NCBI GenBank assembly: GCA_000320545.1
Contig: ADNK01000620.1
Span: 1-58,106 of the forward strand
Reading direction: 5' to 3'
Length of the DNA: 58,106 nucleotides
Source: Bigelowiella natans CCMP2755
Lineage: Eukaryota > Protista > Cercozoa
The position numbers and the translations under genes were made by a program. Position 1 is the first letter of the stretch, and every line of letters begins with the position of its first letter. Below the pieces are notes generated by a model. The model was not told the origin of the DNA. It saw only the letters and a list, made by a program, of their open reading frames with translations, and ran no database searches. Positions 50,659-58,106 of the stretch are shown piece by piece.

Positions 50659-51539
50659 CGATGTTTAGTTGCTCTGTGTTTACTCTAGCATGTCTTGGGT
50701 AGCTACCAACAATAGTTTTGTGAGCATGGTAAAACAATGTTGAGGACAAATGAGGATTACCTGAACTTGCTATGTGAGTGATTGTTATGTTGCTCAAATG
50801 TGTTTCTCCCCAAAGTACGAACACGTACTCACAGAGCAGGTGCTAGCTGAGGATGGAACCACCACGAGCCCCAACACACACACACACACGCGCAGGCTCG
50901 AATAATTACAGTGTGGCTATCATTCAGACATACGGAGGCGTGACTGCAAACCACATCTGGAAGAATAATACCAGAAATTTTTATCATGCGACATAACCAT
51001 GAAGCTCCTAATTGCATCAAAATTGGTTCATTAAAATCCCAAGATTGCCGCAAGTCGCTCCGAGCCGAGAGAAGGGATGTAAAGGGCATTCGATTAACAA
51101 TAGTGCTAATGGTACCAAAAAAAAAGGACAAAATTAAGGACATTTTGTGTCAAATGTCGTTATTGGAGAAACGGTTCCAAGCTTTAGCGATGTTGGCTGG
51201 GGTGTATGAGCTCGAAAAATATCATGCGACATGAATTATATTCCCAAAAGAATGAAAAAAGGAAGCATTTATATCCGTTTGATCTTACGCGACATCAAAG
51301 AGTGAATTTTCCTTTTTCAGCTCTTTCCCGTCCCAACCGAGCCTAAGACAGCTCGAAATGACAGGGATTCACAGGTCTTTTTTTTCCTATCTTAGCAGAT
51401 CAGGGGAAATAATGAAAGGAGGTGATTTAATAGTGAGCGACACGGAATATACGGCAAACTTGTAACAATTACGGTAGACCAAGGATAGCGCAGAGAGGCG
51501 ACTGTGCAGGGAGGAGAGAGCAGACCGTGTAATACACCA

Positions 51540-54500
51540 ATGCCACGTGGCGACTCCTTTTCTATCCTTCTCCTACTCGGTACTCTTCTCCCATCTTCTT
51601 CCAGACCAATGTCCTCGTCAGGTCATCGGCTACTCCAAAATCTTCACCTGTGCAGCCCCTCGAGAATAGGCCGCTTACTACTATGTAACAACCGTGGCAG
51701 CAGCATGGGGTACCACCATGGCCGGAACTATGCTACTAACGGCGCGTCATCACTACAACCTCTACGGTCTTCCAGACATTCACCATTGACTGGTCTCTTT
51801 GGAGGGGGGAGGTTGCTCTCGAGTAGTACGAACGAAGACGGAAATAACAACATCCGAAACAAGGGGGATCATCATCATCATCATCGCAGCAGCAGCACAG
51901 GACCTCCGTATGAACACTTTAACAAGAATTTCCCTACTCTCACTTATTGTCTGTCGATCTATCGCTATCGTTGATGATTTAGTAACTTTTGTGTTGATAA
52001 TCTCAGGAAAAGGAGGCCGAGCTGGGAGACTCGAGCAGCGTGGGATTCATTGTCTGGTGGAGATCAAATCGGAGGATCATCTCGAAGACGAGGAGGAGGA
52101 GGAAGAGGAGGTAGGGGAAGCACGGGGGGAGGGGAATCAGGAGGAGGAGGAGGAGGAGGAGTTGGTGGGTGGCGACAGAGGAGACAGCAAGATTCTGATG
52201 GAAGCAGAGGCAGCTACAAAAACAAAGGAGGGAACTTCTATGCAGCATCAGCAGGGGGCCGAGACTCATATCCGCCGCCACCTGAAGGTGCAAATTGGAA
52301 ATGGAAGAATGGCAAGAAGTGGTGGGACACACAGATTCTCATTTGTTTTGAATTCTATTGCAATTTTATCAAACGATATATGCCATGAGGCGTTGGTATG
52401 GCACGTTGGCGGTCCGCATGTGTAATTTTATACATAAAAACTGTAAGGTATGATCCAAAGCCGAGTAAGAAGCAATATGATCCTCCAGACGGCTATGAAC
52501 ATGTTTATGGAATCAGTTCTGTGCTTAATGCTCTAACAGCAGGGAGAAGAGATTCGATTTCAAAACTCTATATCAAGTAGTAACCACCCCCCCTCTCCCC
52601 CCCCCTCTCTATATGTGGAGCTGGTTGAGTATCGTTCATGGCAATCACATAAGGCTGAATTGACTTGTTACCAACTTCTCCTCCTAACTATTATTACTAT
52701 TACTGTCTGTAGAGAATCATCTTCTTTTGAAAAGAAGAAGGACAAGACTGCCTATGACCAGATTCTCAAAATTGCTCAAGCCAAAGGGGTTGCTAGTGAA
52801 TGAAAATCATGATATTACTAGCCTTGAGTGGTAGTGGTGGTGCAGGTGGTAAGGATAGGGATGATAGATTCTACTGCTGCAGCCCAACCCTTTATTTAAC
52901 GAAATTCATTATGATTTTAAAATAGGGTCCCACGAGAAAATGCTCATATCACAATATCATCATCGTCACCACCACCATCATCATCATCATCATACATCAT
53001 GGATAAAATGAATAGGTGAGTGTCATTCCTGTGCCAAAGCACGAGTTGAACATGATGACTGATAACAGACCTCATCAGGTATTATTTGAGCTAATATGCT
53101 GCCGCTGCTTTAAGATGCAGAGTTATCAAGTTGCAGTATGATTGGCAGAAGATGCATGTTTGTTATCATCTGCTTGCTACTGTAGTATTCGTTCACTGCT
53201 TATGCTTAGTTTGTGTGTGTGTGTGTGTGTTATCATGTGCTGCATTGCATAGGACTTCGTTCTTGTTGCCTCGCCTTTGGAATTCGATGAAATACCAAAT
53301 TCAGAAACAATTCAGCCACCAGCCACGAAACGAGGCGGAGGAGGAAAGGATGCTTCTTCTCCTGCTATATGGCTTGCATTGGATGAGATTTCTGATCCGC
53401 AAAACTTTGGTGCTTTGCTCCGTACAGCACATTTCCTTGGGATCGATGGAATAATAGTTTCTCGAAAGAATTGTGCACCGTTGTCACCAGTCGTTTCAAA
53501 GGTAAGGAGGTGCTGCTACTGCTGATGATGATGTATGTTTGCCACTTCACAAAATGTGGTGCTTACTATATGCTATTATGAATATAATATGTTGATGTAT
53601 ATCACCATCTATCTCTCTATTTGTTTATCTATCTATCTATCATCATGTGAGGGGGGGGGAATGCAAAGCAACACCAAATTCCTAGCCAACAACAGCCTAT
53701 TGACCATTCGTCGGAGCTATTCTTTCTTAATATGAACCGCTACTATAACTAATGACATAACTCCTCAATCATTCATTATTAATATAATTCCGTGTGTAGG
53801 CTAGCTCAGGGGCTATGGAAGTAATGGAAGTACATTCAACTCCATCGATGATCAGATTTCTAACGGTGAAGAAGAAGAAGAAGAAGAAGAAGATGATGAT
53901 GAGGAAGATGATGATGAGAAGAAAGAGGAGAATGAGGAGGAGGAGGAGGGGGGTAGCGATAGCTCAGTATTGATATAAAAAATTGATAGTCACCCTGAAC
54001 AAATTGTGTTGATGATGTTAGAGTGCAAAGGAAGAGGGGTGGAAAGTTCTTGGTGCTGCTCTTGGAGATGATAGTGTACCGTTAGATTCGCTGCTTTCAA
54101 GAGATAACGAGGTGCTCGTAGTACCTAACCACCGTAAAATGATGAAAATAATGATATCCCCCCTTCATATGTTTGATGTTTCTTGACTGAGAGTAACGTC
54201 ATCGTCGATCTGAGCAAACAAGAATAGCGGATTACATCATACAAATAGTACTTATTCTTGCATCATTTTTTCCTTCTTCTTCTACTCCTTATGCAGCTGA
54301 AAGTGCTTGATTCATCCATAATCTTGGTGCTGGGCTCTGAGGGCCGTGGCTTGCGAACGATTGTCAAAAACCTATGTGATGCACTGGTTGTTATTCAAGG
54401 GGGGGGGGCAAACATAGGAGGAGGAGGGGAGCAAAGTTCCAAGAAAGGAAATGTAGATTCGCTTAACGTAAGTGCGAGTGGAGCTGTCTTGTTATACATG

Positions 54501-54551
54501 CTAAAATTCTTCCAAGGACAGAAGTTCTCTGCAGAGATAGGAGAGCGGTGA
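51540..54551 (+). CDS. MRM1: SpoU/TrmH-family rRNA 2'-O-methyltransferase, MRM1/RlmB-like, with organellar leader and RGG-rich linker
   Basis: EHVYGISSVLNAL, ELNMMTDNRPHQ, LALDEISDPQNFGALLRTAHFLG, CAPLSPVVSK|ASSGAME, LVLGSEGRGLR and VDSLNVSASGAVLLY. Confidence 0.88.
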
Positions 54552-54569
54552 GGCTTACAAATTGAAAAA

Positions 54570-54607
<38 letters not shown>

Positions 54608-55874
54608 AGCTACACACACACACACACACATTTTTATGTGCGTGTGCAAATTGAAGTAACAAAATTGTTATACTTACGAATGCCATCTTTATACATAGCA
54701 CACGCATGTATGTACGTACATTTATGTGCTGTAGGCTTATTATTGTATAGCTGCCACCCCGTCCACAGCTCTGTGTGCTGTATACGCATGTGCTCTGCAT
54801 TGAATTGTATTGTGCTTGTGTCGTAATTACACAATTTTATCAGTATGTCGTTTTTGTCCCAGCTTGCACACCGCTTAGAACGCAACAACGCACTTATTAT
54901 GTCTAGTTTACAGCAAAATAGTCGCAAATGAATGCACGCTAGCACGCAGCAGCAGTGACGGCTAGACTGTACGAACTTCGTTGCACGTGTCGATCACATG
55001 ACAATGAGCAACTTGTGACCTAGATGTGCTGCCACATACTCATCTTACAATGTGCTGCAATACTGACTAGTTTAGGCATCGTAGATGTGCAAACACGTGC
55101 ATATGGGCTTGCTGTCATTGGCAATACATCGTCTAGAACGAAAGATCGTGTGCATCTGCTGCCATCACTTACAATGCGAGAGGCTACACGTTTGCTTGCA
55201 CTGACTTATTATTAGCCATGCTGCAGCCATGCTAGCTAGCATGCCATTCAGCATTGCACATGCTCACATGCTAGCATGGCTAGATGGCTAGATGCTAGAG
55301 ATGACTCTAAATTGAATGAACGAACGTCTTGAATTTTGCTTGCAATAATGACAACGGTGAGCGCCAACGGCCGCGCCGCAGCATGCTATGGTAGCGTCAT
55401 GCGCGCTACTTGTCGTTGTGACTAGTTACATGTAGCATATGCAGCCGCTTATGTCGCTAGCTAATCTAGTGTTACACATAGCGCGTGCACAAAGGTAGCA
55501 TTGTTGTGCAACTACGGGCAATGAGAACCTTGAAAGAATAGTACGTCATCATCTAGCAACATCGCACAGTGCAATGATACATACATGCACACTTGCAAGA
55601 GCAAAAATCACCAGAAACATCAGGGATCGGAAGCATTAAATCTCACTGTCATCCTTCCTACATATGATAACTTCAAGAACTGAATGGCCAATCTAGCAAT
55701 GGTCGCCCAGTATTCACAATCATGTTGTCACGGGTAATTATCCATTTGCGCTTGGAAAGTTTCAGATCGAATAATATCATAGTATTAACAAAAGAGGTAG
55801 GCGGATGAGGAATGAGCAGAATACACACTCCAAAGAAGATGTATTCGGGATGTCGTCTTCTACGAAGCAGCAGA

Positions 55875-56212
55875 TTATTCAGCAGCCACCTGATAATGAT
55901 TAACGATAACCATAGCCTTCTTTATAAAAATTACAACTACTACTACTACAAAAAAAACATACATTATGAAGAGTAATAAATCTGCTACTGTAAGATGTCC
56001 ATGACATCAAATTTACCTGCTGCTGTTCGTTTTCCTTTGGAGGGTCAATGAATGCGTTGTAGACAGCACCTCCCAAAGGAGCGCCAATCATGGGTGCGAC
56101 AATAGGAATCCACCAATAGTTGTTTCCAGCGGTAAATACCTACGGAAGAAGAGTACGGATAAGATGGGTGATTAGACGACGCATTGACACAATCACGATG
56201 ACGATAATATTA

Positions 56213-56254
<42 letters not shown>

Positions 56255-57463
56255 TAATATAAAATATCACAGGCATGGTAACTGTTATCGTCAGTAAGAA
56301 TCATCATGTTTATCTTTATTTTGACGTGATTATTAGCTGATTTCTACTAGTAACTACTACTACTACTAGTAGTACTAGTACTGAATTTACTTCTGATCCC
56401 CATCCTGCGAGGAATGTCATGATACGCGGTGCCAAGTCCCTTGCCTTCAGTGAAATAGCATCATCATCATCATCATCATCATCATTAGCACTACTATCTC
56501 AACCGTTTTTGATTTCTTAACTACTCTACATTGATCGATAACAAATCGATATAGTGGCAGTGCTGAAGAATTTGGATAGCCATGACAATATCAATAATGA
56601 TATATTATTACTATTATTATTATTATTATTATTATTATTGATAGTAATAACAATACCGGGTTCATGGCAACTCCCGTGATGCCTCCAAAGCCCAAAATAA
56701 GCAATGCGACAAGTCCCCCGATAATCACAGGGCCAAGATTTCCTAATCAACAAGACAAAGAACAACTCAAATATGTGTGTTGAATTAATAGTAGTAATAT
56801 AGTAGTCTGGATAAGAGCCCAATCATCATATCATCATCATCGTTCATAATCAATACCTTTTGGGGCAATATTCTTGTTATCACTTACAGCGAATACACAC
56901 ATTAGCAAGGCTGCAGTTGTCAAAACCTACAAAACAAAGGCCATATATTTTCATAGAAGATAGAATTCAATGTTATGTGCAACCGTTAGCAGGTGGTGTC
57001 GTAGAAAAAAGAAACTTTTTATTATCAGTCTTTATCATCATATCCACCACCACCACCATTTAAATAATAGTAGCAGTATATGACCTCATCCCCAAAAGCA
57101 TGTAACACACCGACATGTGATGCAGGATAGGTTGCGAAGATTCCTGCTGTAGCTCCAACTCCTAGTTGTTGTTGTAGAGTCTTGTTATCATGTATGCACT
57201 ACTACTACTACTACTACTAATAATAATAATAATGACAATCTGTGTACTTAGTAATTGATAATAACTGACCGGAAGTAGCTTTGATAACACCATTAGCAGC
57301 ATCCATTGCATCAAGGCCCGATTTGTGGTCAAGGTAAGCTAAACCAGAACCCTTCAACAACAACAACAACAACCAACAACAACCATCAATGGCAGCACTA
57401 AGAATACCAGTTGGAACCGCAGTAGGAGCAGCAGCAGCGGTAGCAGTGGTAGCAGATAGTATA

Positions 57464-57535
<72 letters not shown>

Positions 57536-57766
57536 ACACACACACACGTATATTTGTATATACATATTTCATATTCTAGTGAGTATTATTGACAACTTAC
57601 CGCGAAAGCTCCTAGAAATTGTGCAATTGTGTATGGGATAACCTAAAGAAGAGTAATCCTTAGATACTCACAACCTTAAAAAAGAACATGCTGCTGCTGC
57701 TGCTGCTGCTGATGGGTATATTGTTATTATTATTAATGATGTTGATCAGTAAAGGCAAATAAGCAG

Positions 57767-57797
<31 letters not shown>

Positions 57798-57891
57798 CAT
57801 TTTCCATGGAAATCCTTTGAGCAATGCAAAAGCAAAAGTAACCGATGGGTTCAAATGTGCTCCTCCTACTCCTCCAGCTACATACACTGCC
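55875..57891 (-). CDS. Aquaglyceroporin (GlpF-type MIP); 5' part lies beyond the window
   Basis: GGAHLNPSVTFA, IAQFLGAFA, TAGIFATYP, GVAMNP|ARDLAPRI, YWWIPIVAPMIGA; the NPARD Asp marks aquaglyceroporins. Confidence 0.92.
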
Positions 57892-58106
57892 TGTTTGAAA
57901 ATCAAATCATGCCACCAAGGAAACAACAGTATGTAAATAAATAAATAAACCATCTTCTATATAAGCAGTCCAGGCACTTTCGCTCATCACTAGCTTCATG
58001 ATCATGATCATCATCATCATCATCACTAGAAGTACTACCACCACTTGTCGTTTGTTCGCAGTTTGCCTTACTGATCTACCGCTGATACTACTACTACTAC
58101 TACTAC

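Overview
Eukaryotic nuclear DNA from an intron-rich, flagellated protist. Signal-plus-transit-like leaders suggest a secondary-plastid alga such as a chlorarachniophyte; this is inference. Manual GT-AG splicing gives 11 genes, mostly in head-to-head pairs: a CinA/PncC-fold protein (-), an N-myristoyl/EF-hand/senescence (spartin-like) domain protein (+), a DNAH1-type inner-arm dynein heavy chain (+), a stand-alone aspartate carbamoyltransferase (-), a TatD DNase with a long C-terminal tail (+), a full-architecture but apparently inactive UBA1-like E1 with an N-terminal RIIa/Dpy-30-like module (-), a prokaryote-type UDP-glucose/GDP-mannose dehydrogenase (+), an ARSG-like sulfatase (-), a CCDC177-like coiled-coil protein (-), an MRM1/RlmB-type SpoU methyltransferase (+) and a 5'-truncated aquaglyceroporin (-). 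The strongest unexplained signal is non-coding. The six spacers downstream of gene 3' ends from 6.3 kb onward are TG/CA-rich and depleted of TpA to varying degrees, while CTAG survives and is enriched. In 46875-48160 I count 16 TpA, 12 of them in CTAG, with 495 nt containing none. This suggests a regional, context-specific TpA->TpG/CpA mutation or base-modification system. Other signals are three ~51-56 bp tandem duplications spanning 3' splice sites, two intron regimes (short and clean versus microsatellite-filled) and (GTA)n repeats starting at donor sites. All counts and splice models were made by eye.
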